Below are positions 26,861 to 38,859 of a DNA stretch of 41,501 bases, in pieces (the stretch's first letter is position 1; each line of letters opens with the position of its first letter). The stretch covers positions 15,655,094-15,696,594 of the forward strand of contig NC_068981.1 in the NCBI RefSeq assembly GCF_001194135.2. The letters are read 5' to 3'. Origin of the DNA: Octopus bimaculoides. Taxonomy: Eukaryota. The notes under the pieces are model-generated. The model did no database searches. It was not told where the DNA came from and was given only the letters and a program-made list of their open reading frames with translations. The position numbers and the translations under genes were made by a program.

Positions 26861-27955
26861 AATATTGACAAAATATATTTTACCTTTTCTCATTATTCAC
26901 GTTATTCCTTTGTTTTAGCGTATTGATTTGACATAGACTCCCACAGTCATTCAGTTACTAGGTTCATTGAATGGTGGCACATGCTTTGTAGCAATATCAT
27001 AAGCAAACACAATTCCAAGTATTTTCAAAAGCAAGGTGTCAAAAATTTGGTTCCGTCTCCAAGCTACAAAAGAGTAACAACTAGATTACTAAAATGGAAT
27101 GTACCTAATGATAAGTAATGTAAGATAATGACAACAACAACAACATGATGCCATTTTTTGCAAACACTGTGCGCAAAAGGTGGATGGCAGCACAAGGAAA
27201 TCGAGGGAAAGACAATGAACGACAGAATGACATTGTGATCTTGCTTCACTAATTTATCCAAGAAAGGCTGAGAAACGAGGTGAAATACACCTGTTTTATA
27301 ATGACTGATATATGTTTTGTATATCCTCGAAAGAAGAGTCAAATAAATCCAGGGGTGATGTGTATCTGTATGGGTGTTTCACGGTCAGTGTTTATAGGAA
27401 AGTGTGTGTGATTTTGAAGACCGAAAACCCGACAGAGAAATCTCTCCACTGGTCGCTTAAATTGAGAACAGTCTTTTTTTTTTCTTTTGCATTTATTTGT
27501 CGTTGAAATTACTCTTATTGAAAATCTTTCTCTCTCTCGGTGGCTCAGTCGATGCTTCTAGCTGTATGCATCTGATTCTATTTCCTCTGCATACTATCTT
27601 TTTTCCAAATCAAAAATCGTAGCAACGAAGCTGTCGTCTGCATTTTAAAACTGTTTACTTCCGTGCATGATAAATAGAGCCCAATCATTTTACTTTAAGA
27701 GTGTTGTGCGATATGCACGGAGAACAGGTTCCTAGTTTCATGCAATAATTCTAACCTATAATTTTATCTTTGTCCCCAAGAAAAAGTAAGCAAAATAACG
27801 CAACACCGAAATATCCTTCACATTGATTTCGTGAATATTGGCTCCATTCAGAGTTGATTCAAGCACCTTCTTAAATATTCTCTTGGGTTGTCTGGAGACT
27901 TCATTTCAACACACTGCATTACTTGTATCTTTGATTCATTTTCAGTGGCCTAATG

Positions 27956-27969
27956 ATATCATCACCATT

Positions 27970-28034
<65 letters not shown>

Positions 28035-28200
28035 CGTCATCATCATCATCATCATCAACATCATCATCATCGTCATCATCATCATAATCATAACCATCAT
28101 CATCGTCGTCATCATCATCGTCATCATCATCATCATAATCATCATCATCATCATCATTATCATTATCATCACCATCAACAGCAGCAACGATAGCAGCAGT
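27956..28200 (+). repeat. Imperfect (ATC)n microsatellite grading into AGC units
   Basis: Visible ATC array with ACC/GTC/ATT/ATA variants. It explains the poly-I and poly-M ORFs. Confidence 0.95.
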
Positions 28201-28646
28201 ATTGGTGTTAATATTTCCAATATTATTAAAAATTATTTATTTTGTTGTTGCTGTTGGTGTACTGCATTGTTAGAAAATGGTTTTATCATAAGAAAGAGAA
28301 TGCGGTTATCAATTTCAGAAATCTCTGCCACGGTGTTACAGTACTGTTTTCTGTTTTAGTATTTTGAGTTGCCTGAGATTTGGAAGGTTCCTTGGGTTTG
28401 CCATAATGTCCCTATACCAAAACACCCATCACTATAGACATACATGTATATATACATACATATAAACATACCTCTATATATGCATGCTCATATCGAACAG
28501 TATCAACGAGTGGTCAACATCGCTCTGCTGGATAAACTGAACGTTTGTATTACAACGCGTACCAGCTTTCAGCGTGGCAGGCTTGATAATTGAGAGATTC
28601 CTCTCGTCATGAAACTAATGGTAGCCTTATTAACTGAGAAATATGC

Positions 28647-28670
28647 AGACAGACAGAAAGACAGACAGAC

Positions 28671-28742
<72 letters not shown>
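28647..28742 (+). repeat. (GACA)n-(GATA)n compound microsatellite
   Basis: Seen directly in the sequence. Confidence 0.95.
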
Positions 28743-28766
28743 GCGTGTATGCAAATATTCCAGTTA

Positions 28767-28985
28767 TGTTGGTTTCAAATTTTTGAACAAGGTTACAATG
28801 TTCACAGGAGTGGATAAGTCGATTACGTCGACCTCAGTGCTCGACTGGTCTTCATGTTATCGACTCCGAAGTGATCTAAGGCAAAGTCAACCTCGGTGAA
28901 ATTTGAGCTCAGAACGTAAAGATGAACGAAATGTCGCAAACCAATTTGCCTGGTCTACTAACGACTCTGCCAGTTCACCACCTTG
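28767..28985 (-). mobile_element. tRNA-derived SINE (same family), diverged, with 13-bp TSD
   Basis: Degenerate match to head and body. The exact direct repeat AATATTCCAGTTA sits at 28754-28766 and 28986-28998. Confidence 0.88.
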
Positions 28986-30969
28986 AATATTCCAGTTACA
29001 ATAAAGCCCGTAAATTGCATTCAATTAAAACGAGGCGCAAAGTCAAAAGTGATATTTAAGTTCAACCAAGCATATTTAAATATTAATCGAGATATTTTGA
29101 CAATACATGGAATTAACTCCAATCCTTTGAAATTATTAGTTACTATATTTACATTTCCAACTGTTATCTGCAAAGGTCACAGTGCTTCAGAAATCTTAGT
29201 GATTCGGAAATGTAACATATACTTAAATGAGAGTGAAAAGACTTCTAAACTATTTTATTATGTCTAATAAATAAGAAATGTCAAAGCATTTTGTATTTCG
29301 TATTACTATTTCTGGAAACGTTTAAGAATTCATTTAAAATGCACAGAAGAAAATCTACAAGACTTTGAAAACGCCTTGTGCAACAATAGTGTTACTTTCA
29401 TTGAAATTTAATGAAGATATTTACCATTTATGCTAATAAGTCACGAGTTATTGACAAATTGTTGTGTATAAAAGAATAACTAGGAAATGGAGCAGCAACA
29501 TCAATAGTAATTTTCATAATAGGAAAGCTGCATTTTTTTCGATAAAATCGATATTTATCAATTTTGATTTTAAGGCCTTTCTATTGTTAAAATATATCCG
29601 CATTAATGCATTCTATTCTTTCTATATTAGAAGGGATCAAAGAATACATTATTCAAAGAAGGGTAAGTATTTCCCAAGAATTTCAATTATCAGTTCACTT
29701 TTGATTTTTAATGAATATCAATACTTTCATTGATTGACAATGTGACGCTTGATCTATCAAATGTTTTCAACTTAGAAATCATTATAGCTGTTCAAATCAT
29801 CAGAATATCATGGCTTCATACTTGCATATTAAACATATATAGAGATCAATGAACTGATTTTAAAATATAATTCGTTCAAGTACCAGTTAAATTCAGAAAT
29901 GGTGCATGTACCTTTCATTTTATCTTAACCTTCCTGCATGAGAAAGATATTTGTAGAGAGGGACAATCAATGAAGTAACTCAAACATTAACTACTAATAA
30001 TACCCACTAAAACTTGCATCAGGCCATATATTTTAGGTGGGAATAAAAGCCGATTAAGTTGAACCTATTGTTATACGGCCATTTTTTTCTTCTTATAAAT
30101 CAAGTGGATTACAAAAACAGATACGAGCAAGTAAACTTCTGACTGAAAAGGAACGTGACTAAATGCTTCGGTTGTATGTTCTCCAATAATTTACCGTTCC
30201 TACTAACCCACAGACCCATAATTGCACTAGACAAAAATTACTGTAAAACTTAAAGAAATATTCTGCTTTGTATATTTAAATAAATTCAAACTGTTCAGTG
30301 ATGTTTCAGTGGTTCAAAAATAATATATATTAGATTTTTTTTTAAACATTGTCCAGTTTACTAGAGACGGCCAAACATCTCAAACACTGCGTTGTATTTA
30401 TATGAGCTCATAACGTCGAACAATATCAGCATTTACTACGTCATTTGACTCAGCTAACTGTCTCTGTTAAATGCTTCACTGTTTCTAATCAGTGTTAACC
30501 AGAAGTAGGTAATTAGCTTAGTTGAATTGTGAGAACGTTAAATGTGCTTAAGACGTAAATGTCATTCTAGAATGACGCAACAGAAATGAAACACCTATAA
30601 TTGGATATCCGAAGTAGGCTGTGGTGCCAATTATACATGTGCGAAGCGTATTCTATCAACTTGCAGCTACTGCAGAGAATGTCGTATCAGATAAAATATA
30701 AAGACGTTTACGATAATCACAAATGAACAAACCAACTAAAATCAGTTTCACCTGCATTGCAAACCTTACAAAATTACTTAATTTGTTCGACACACTAAAG
30801 TAGGTTAGGTAATGAAATTGCGTGTGGTTCGATGGAATCTATTAATTATGATCATATGTATCACGGACGAAACGCAAAAATATCACGCAATACCACTTCC
30901 AACGCTTCTTGAATAGAAATTAGCAAAATATTTAAATGCTTTCTTAATTGTTGTATTAAAAATGTTTTT

Positions 30970-32200
30970 CTTATGATTTCTCCATGTTCGTTTTTATTAG
31001 ATGCTGTCAGGTCTTCAACTATACTAAAGGCACTCGGCATTTCTCATTCTTTTGTTTTGCTTGTAAAATTCATTCGGGATCTAAATTTTTATGCTACCTG
31101 TACTGTGTCTTCTACGTTCAGTAATGCATCTGCTCCCTCATCATTCACTTCCAAGAAACTTTTATCGCTTATTGAATACCATTTCACCTCTCTGCTGAAA
31201 CTGCAATATTCAGATATTTCCACTTTAATTCTCAGACTTTCAGCAATTCGTTTTGTTGCTTTCGTTCCTCAGTATTAACCTCTCTTTTATCCGAAATCCA
31301 TTTCCTTCTTTTTATCTTTCTTCAATCCAGAACACCTTTGGCTACATAGCACTTTACTTCCTTTACATTCTACTCCACATCATTGATGTCTATATCTTCG
31401 TCTACATATTCAAACAATACAAATCGATTTCGCCATTCACTTACAAATTCAAGTTTATTTCTATCACATCATCCTTCAGTATCTCTGAATGAGACATGTT
31501 GCAGATACCTGGCTATTTTTCGCCTTGGCCTTCAGTTTTATCTGAATTGTCCTTACTTCTAACTGATGGTCACTTCCGATATCTGCATCTCGGCATGTTC
31601 AAACATTAAACATTGATGTGTTATGCTACAAATATATCAAAATATTAGCGAAGTCATTACGATACATTCTTTTTATCTGGAGATTTCCAAGTACATCTTT
31701 GAAAGTATTTACCAGCACAGAAGCACATCAATATCACACAATTTTCACTCCATGTCCATTGTCCATTCTAGGCCATCTATGATTCTATCTACAATATTTT
31801 GCAGTTACGTTCCCAATCAGAGTTTTCATACCACCTAGTGGTAAACTGAGAATTCCCTTTAGCGACTATTCGTGCAGTCCCTATCGTTTGCATGATTTAT
31901 AATTATGGAACAATCAATATTATTGAAGTTACATTGCATAGTTTTACGTTCTATTAAAAAATTAGGAATTGTGGTAAAGGTGTCTTTTCAGTCCATGCTC
32001 TCAGACCTTTTGTTTTCAGGATCAATCTGAATCCATCGCTTCCCTTGTTATTTTCACTTCTAAAAGTCAAAACTGTAGTGTCACCCGTTCCAAAATCCAA
32101 TCCACCATTATGAATATAATTTCATTCAGATTAACTTTTCAGTTTTGTTCTGTTGGCTCTCTGTCCGCTTTATATGATCAATGTTACCATTTAGTTACAG
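30970..32200 (-). pseudogene. RTE-clade LINE fragment: APE endonuclease plus EN-RT linker, RT absent
   Basis: Minus-strand remnants include LIGNVTAK (GDFNAK-like), TWKSPD, RDADIGSDHQL (SDH at 31574-31566), EWRNRFVLF, RRKWISD and NKNEHGEII. Many stops and frameshifts. Confidence 0.8.
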
Positions 32201-34439
32201 ATAATTACTTCAATACCTATTCTGATATTTCTATTTAAAACGCAAGATATTCGTATCACCCCAATTTTCTCGGATTAAGGAGTAACTCTTTATTCAAAGG
32301 TTGCAATGTTCTCTTTATAAATCCGTACAAATATAGTTCGTACTTTACCTCATTGATTGTGACGTTATTGCACGAGGAGCATTCCGAGCTTTCCGCAGTT
32401 GATCTGTAATATAGGGAACAGAATCTCTCGTCAAACATGCAGCTGTTGCTTATCGGTGTTACCTATATCAATCTTAACATTGTACCAGAGACGCTAACGT
32501 GATTTGTTTAGTGAACCACACTAAACTGATACCAGGGTTATCACCCCGTTATAATAATTTGATAGAGAATCTGTATATCGTGCAATTTCATTCATGTTAA
32601 GAGAGGCTAGCAACCATGGGGATGTTCTCTCATATCATTCCACTTGCATCGTTATTTCTCACAGCTCTTCGTGTTCTAATAAATTACGACATAAAGCAAG
32701 CAAGCGGAAACGGAAGATAAGTTGTTCTATGTATTTGGCCTATTTGCAATACGCTAGTTATTGTTTTACCATGTCTTGAAACATCCAAAAGGAAAAGACT
32801 GATGCCCAAGCTTGATGAAATAAGAAAACGTGTGTGGTTAAATGCAGACACCGACAGATCTACAATAATGAAGTATCCGTAACCAGTTTGAGGAAATGCA
32901 TTGTGGTATGAATTCACAATAGAAGAACTTCATAAGCAAAAATATCCTAGAATTTTATTGAAACTAATTGGGGTTTTAAAACTGAATTTAATGAAAAACT
33001 TAAGAAAGCAAATAAAGCAACACGAATGCTTTGAAACTCTTGGAAATCACAGAGATTAATCTAGATATACATCACTAGTAAGAAGGGATTTTATATATTA
33101 AATTGAGTCATGGAATAGGAGTTAGATTATATTTAATCGCTTTAGAGAATTTCCATAGAAAGCATTATGAAAACCTTGCGGATCAAATAGTATTAATTTG
33201 TGAGAAAGGAAGCGGTTGGAGGTATGAAGCAAGTACTATTAATAAATCTAGGAATAATATACAAATATATTGATGCTGGGTCTTGTGACTCCAGTGCAAA
33301 ACGAAAGCAGGCTAATGCATTTAGCACAACGGAGAGAAGACAAAAACTAGGCCTACTTGGCAGTAATCAATTCTGTGAGAAAGCGGTGATTGATAACAAG
33401 ACATAGAACAAACTTCAGAGAGAATAGGTGGTGGGGGATGAGTACAGTACTGCTTTTGAAGTAGCGATAGTAACTGTATGAATTTAGATATATATATTTG
33501 CAATGTTTCGAGCAATTACTGACAAATTACTTCAGTAACAGTCTTGTAAAGCAAAGTTTTATAAATCTGTGCAGGACAGAAATAATGGTAAACTGAAATT
33601 ACAAGCCATAGATATGTATGTGCACGAGCAAGTGTGCGTATGTGTGTGTATTTGTGTGTGTGTGTGTGTGTGTGTGCGTATGTGTGGGTCTGTGCATGGG
33701 TGTGATTGCGTGTGTGTACGATATATGAGTAAAACCATGCAGATAATATTAATGTAATATTAAAGTGATGATATTAATGTAAAAAATATAAATATGAATA
33801 TACAGAAAGAGATATATATGGTAACAAGCATAATGTAAAAAGTCTCCTGTGTCTCAGTTCGGGACAGCTGTTGTTTTATGGGTGAGAATTAAGCGCTGGA
33901 AAACATGCAGAAACATACACAAATGTCTATAACTATATTTGTATTTCTGTCTACTTGTTCGTCTGTTTCTTTCCAGTTAAAGTATATATGTCACTACGTG
34001 TATGTGTGTAATAATATAATCAAGAAAAAACGAGGAAAATTTATTTAATAATTTAGCGTGATATGATGACTTCCGTGGCTTTTAGACAACTACATCCCCG
34101 GGGTAATTAACTTCCAGTAATTTCATGTTATCTTTCTCTTTCATATGATTATCTTCATAGCACAGAAGTAAGCATGGAAAGTTTTATTGTTTCAAAAAAA
34201 ATTACCTCATTTTCTTTGATTATTTAATCATTATGCATACTCTATGAATTTTATAGCCTATGGATTTGTGTCATAGGATTACGTGTATACTTGCACGAAA
34301 CAACTTTCGCTAAGAACTTAGGTTTCAAATGAATTCTATAGAATGCTTAAGTACGCAGTACTCACAGACTTTCTCTCTTCCACATCCACACGCAGATTCT
34401 GGTAGTATATACGAATAGTAGGCTTATATTTGTGCATGT

Positions 34440-34531
34440 CTTTCAATATGTAAATGTATATATTCACATATATATACATATACAAACACATATACATGCA
34501 TATATATTTATATATAAAATATACATGTATA

Positions 34532-34566
<35 letters not shown>

Positions 34567-34666
34567 ATGCGCGTGTATATATATATATATATATGCCTAT
34601 ATACATATACATATTTATAAAGAGAGAAGAGAGAACGAGAGACAGACAGACATACAGACAGAAATT

Positions 34667-34710
<44 letters not shown>

Positions 34711-34740
34711 TACACACGCATACACATACACACACGCGAA
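34440..34740. repeat. Compound (TA)/(TG)/(GA)/(CA) microsatellite
   Basis: Seen directly in the sequence. Confidence 0.9.
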
Positions 34741-36092
34741 TGAGGGAGAGAATAGCAGAAAGACAGTATTGAAGATAATTCGTATTTACCAATCATTTCG
34801 GAAGTACATACACGAGCCTTCTCGCCGCTTTTGTTAATTATTTCTGAGCCATCCATCTTATTTAATGACACTGTACGGTAGATTCCTATTTAATTAATAC
34901 CTCACCACGATCGGGAAATGATAACAATGTACTATTAGAAGATAGTGACAGTGCTGAATGAAAAGTGCTGATGTATCATTTGATGTTAATACGTCCAGCA
35001 ACATTAAATTCATCCATGCCGAAAAAAATCGTGTTGCTTTGAACATTGGCAAGTGAATTTTACTGTATGAAGAGAACGAGTAGATATGAATGTAGCGTGA
35101 TAAATAGCATTAGGTCCATAAAAATATTCCAGTATTGGAGGTTAATGCAAAATAGAAATGACCTACTATGATCGCACTCAGTGTATATTCATACAGTTTG
35201 AAAAATAATTGTATGTGTATATTAAAAGAACAATTGAACAATTTCTTATACGATGAAGATCTTGAAAACACATATTTTTGCAACACCTATACTGAAACCC
35301 CAAGAAAAACTTCCACAAGGTGTGTGTATATATAAAAGTTTATATATTTGATTATTTTGAAATATCGATAATTAAGATAAGGTAATAAAAACATTAGTAA
35401 AATATAAGAACTACGTAAAATAAAAAAGAAACAGAATTATCTATTGAATTAAGGAAGTTGAATAAAAATTGTAGTAATATATATAAAGTAAAAAGTTTGG
35501 AATTTTGAAGATTAAATAAATAACAGCGATAAAAGGAAATAGTATATGATATTGTTGCTGATAAATTATAATAGAGTTAAAAATTCATGAAGATATACCA
35601 CCTTCAACGTCTCAAAAATTATTTAATACGATTGTTAGAAGAAGGATATTGTAAATCATATTCACCATCTAAATGTTTTCTGAGAACTAAAGGATGTGAT
35701 AAAAAGGAAGTAAGAACTAATTTATTGTATATCTTAACAAAAAAGTGAGGCATGTGAAGAGACATTAGAATCAACATTTTGATGACGTTAGGAAAAAAAT
35801 TGTGCGATAATGTCACGACAATTTTTTTTAAATACTAAAATATTTCAATACTGTAAGTTAATTTTTTAAAAACAGAATATCACATTACTTGGAACTCAGC
35901 CAACTTCTTACTTTCAGTCAAAAATTGACTGTCAGCAGTAACGGAATTTTAATTTATTTTTCCGATTTATCTCGCTTTATCGCAGAATTCTTCTTCTAGC
36001 GTTTTTGAAGTGTTGAAGCTAATCACTGTTAACATTCCTTCTACAGTATTAAGGCTTCTTTTGTAAATTATTGCCTACATACTTATATATAA

Positions 36093-36094
<2 letters not shown>

Positions 36095-36171
<77 letters not shown>
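36095..36171. repeat. (TG)n microsatellite
   Basis: Seen directly. Similar TG/TA tracts occur at about 164-236, 1030-1115, 3870-3950, 4808-4842, 13132-13180, 33625-33720 and 37870-37930. Confidence 0.95.
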
Positions 36172-36174
<3 letters not shown>

Positions 36175-36280
36175 CAACGGCCTAATTATAATACACTAAA
36201 GAGTAAAAACCGAATATAATTCCAGTTTAGAATTTGCGAAATAAATTGCATCTCAAATTCAACATTCGGTTTCATATGTA

Positions 36281-37867
36281 CTAGGTGGCGTACCCGGCGT
36301 TGCCCTGGGCTGTATATTAAGTATACCTGTTTAGTTATTACAACATTGACGGATGCACCTCTGAAATGAATGAAAGAAATCATAATGACGGATGTTCCCC
36401 ACGTTGTTTGATTTATTTATCGCAATAGTGAACATGCAGAGTCATGTACCCACACCATTGTCATTGTTTTCCATTTGGACAGTAGGGCGATCTGTAAAAA
36501 ACCGGCAGTAATTGATTTTATTCTCCTTACCACATAACTGCTGACATGTTCTCTTTAGCAGATGGAAAGAGGGACCCTAAATGTGTGACATAAAGAGAAA
36601 TATTATGTTTACCTGCAGTTTCGCTGTATTGCACATACAACATTTTCTGAACAAAAAATTTGACGCGTATCTTGTGCAAAAAGGATGAAAAGTGTAGTAT
36701 CTGTTGCCTACCTCACGATTGGGGGGTACTTAACGGAGAGCATACTGTGAAGATTACGCTAATGAAATAAATAAGATGACAAGAGTATGGTTACCTGATG
36801 TTTTCCTGTTCACAGCATAGCGCAACATCCGTTGTTGTCTTTCCCCTATAGTCTCCGTAGCGCGGGCAGCAGCAGTTGCTGCAGCATCATTTGTAAGTCG
36901 ATCTGTGCATTGTACTGCAGTCTCTGCAACTCGTGCAACAGCAGTTGAGGAAGCATTTCTTATAAGTTGATCTATACGTTGTACTGCAGTCTCTGCAGCT
37001 CGTGCAACAGCAGTTAAGGAAGCATCTCTTGTAAGTCGAACTGCACGTTGTGCTGCAATATCTAAAGCTTGTGAAACAGCACTAGATGTAACATTTCTTG
37101 TTCGGCGTGCTGAACTTTGCTCGTTGCTCTGGGCGCACGTTGCGCAGCAATACGTGCTATCTGATCACTACGCTGCTCTTCACTTTCCCTTTTTTTGCGC
37201 TGAAGCCATCCTAAGTGCATTGAGAGTGTTCCTCCTGGTTGCGTCCTCGGTTGATTCCTTTGCACTCGTACAATTGCTTTTCTTTGCAACATTTGTTTAC
37301 CGACCTATATTGGATCTTCTGCGTCGAGGAATGGTGGAAAATTATCAGTTTACGCAATAGAAAAAGTCCTAAGGGAAAAGCGGTGAACGTATATCACCCA
37401 GAAATAGTTAAATGTAGTTGGCAAAAATGTTAATCAAACAGAAAAAATTAAGTATATTTTAAAATTTTGGGTAAGAGTTTTGAAGTGGCTAGTTTCAGTT
37501 GGAATAATTATATGAAAAAGAGCGCTCACGTGAAAACAGGCAAATCATAACTCGCATATGAATACTGCTGGCAGTACTGTGCAAGCAGTCGATAAGAGCT
37601 CGCCACAGCTGACAAAGTAAAGTATTGATATTTTTCCAGCTGGTTGTGTGTCAAGTTTTATCGCTGGCTCAAGCCAAATCCTAGACGAATTGAGAGTAGT
37701 CTATTTATGTTGGAGGCGCGGATTTTCGAGGAAAAAATTATAAGAAATAGCGTCCTAAGTCAAAGAGAGCCCACATGTCAAATTTGGTGAAATTCGGTTG
37801 AAAAATGTAGGAGTAGAAGCGGTTCACACAACACACAGACAGCCAGTTTGCCTTTTAATATATATAA
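36281..37867 (-). mobile_element. Internally deleted Helitron (~1.6 kb) with both termini
   Basis: The 3' end on the minus strand is the hairpin CCCAGGGCAACGCCGGG (36309-36293), 8 nt, then CTAG (36284-36281) and a host T. The 5' end is TATATATTAAAAGGC-like near 37867, and a RepHel-type N-terminus lies inside. Confidence 0.8.
36780..37332 (-). pseudogene. Helitron RepHel N-terminal fragment with 23-aa tandem repeats
   Basis: CCACC-ATT (start codon mutated, 37332-37330) leads to PRRRRSNIGR*, then RESEEQRSDQIARIAAQR and repeats TAVARAAETAVQRIDQLIRNASS / TAVARVAETAVQCTDRLTNDAAA. The DNA period is 69 bp (36911, 36980, 37049). No Rep or helicase motifs are securely visible. Confidence 0.72.
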
Positions 37868-37882
37868 TATATGTGTGTGTGG

Positions 37883-37933
<51 letters not shown>

Positions 37934-38742
37934 TGTATAGCGAGTGAGAAAGAGAGAGACAAGTATAGGTATAAGGGAATTTTCTAACATACTTTATTAA
38001 TCTCCGTCATCCACTGATTTAGTACCTTAGTGCCATTCCCTTTTCTCACTATCTCAACCATTAATTCCATAGCTTCATACAAACGAGATACAAGACTACA
38101 ATTCTGATACTCCCTACCCCACCTTCCCTTCATCCTCCTACTTTTTCCCTCTACTACTATTACTCTCAACTTGTGTCTTTATTAACCCCGACTCTTGAAC
38201 TATTTTTACTCCTCTCACCATTCCCTATCTAACGACACCCCCGCTAGTTCCGAACTCTAATACACTTAGCTCTCGACATTGGATCATTCCATCTTTGAAG
38301 TTAGGTCCTTCAACATCTCAAATGTAAGATATCTTCCCTGAAGACGGAGGCTCCCATATAGAAACATTATTATGGACCACCAAGCCCGCAGGAACGGTTA
38401 TTGGATTTGTATTACTTTTCCACCACCCCTTTAATTCTCTATATCCTATCAAATCTCTGTAAGTTGGATCATTTTATATGTATACATATATACATATTTT
38501 GTATTTCAAGTTTTTAATACACTTTATATATTGATCTGTATACTTCGCTAATCCCTACATTTACATCCCAGGTTCACATCCCTATATGTTTACACATCAA
38601 GTCTAAATCTCTTGAGCACTACTAAGTCTATTCTATACGGAGAATTTTTGGATCTCATCTATGAACTATATATGTAACATACGGTAGAATTATAAACGGC
38701 ATATTTTAGTAATTTCTCCCCAGACGGAAAAAATTATGAACA

Positions 38743-38785
38743 ACCTTAATCGATTTTCGAACCTTATTGGGTTCTCATCAGAGGC
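38743..38785 (-). ncRNA. Minimal type I hammerhead ribozyme with intact catalytic core
   Basis: Minus strand reads GCCT-CTGATGA-GAACC(caataa)GGTTC-GAAAA(tcga)TTA-AGGT. Core at 38781-38775, perfect 5-bp stem II, GAAA at 38758-38755, palindromic stem III AATCGATT, UUA cleavage triplet (predicted cut 38747/38746), and stem I of 3 Watson-Crick pairs plus 1 G-U. Confidence 0.85.
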
Positions 38786-38831
38786 GTCCACATCATTCTG
38801 ACAATCTCCAGAGAAACAAGCAGCCAATCTG

Positions 38832-38839
38832 TTTATATA
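38832..38839 (-). promoter_or_regulatory. Candidate TATA box upstream of the hammerhead
   Basis: TATATAAA on the minus strand, about 50 nt 5' of the ribozyme core. The AT-rich background weakens this evidence. Confidence 0.3.
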
Positions 38840-38859
38840 CTCAACAAGTGCAGCAGTTA

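Noticed and set aside
32256-32438. 60-aa minus-strand ORF (MFDERFCSLYY...)
   Set aside because: No recognisable domain or splice context, and a length expected by chance.
32506-32543. Two adjacent short hairpins (GTTTAGTG/CACTAAAC and a weaker neighbour)
   Set aside because: An 8-bp stem in AT-rich DNA with no supporting context.
38330-38410. Plus-strand CTGAAGA...GAAAC hammerhead-like relic
   Set aside because: Stem II does not close next to the core, and no convincing stem I or NUH site is present. It is at best a heavily decayed relic.
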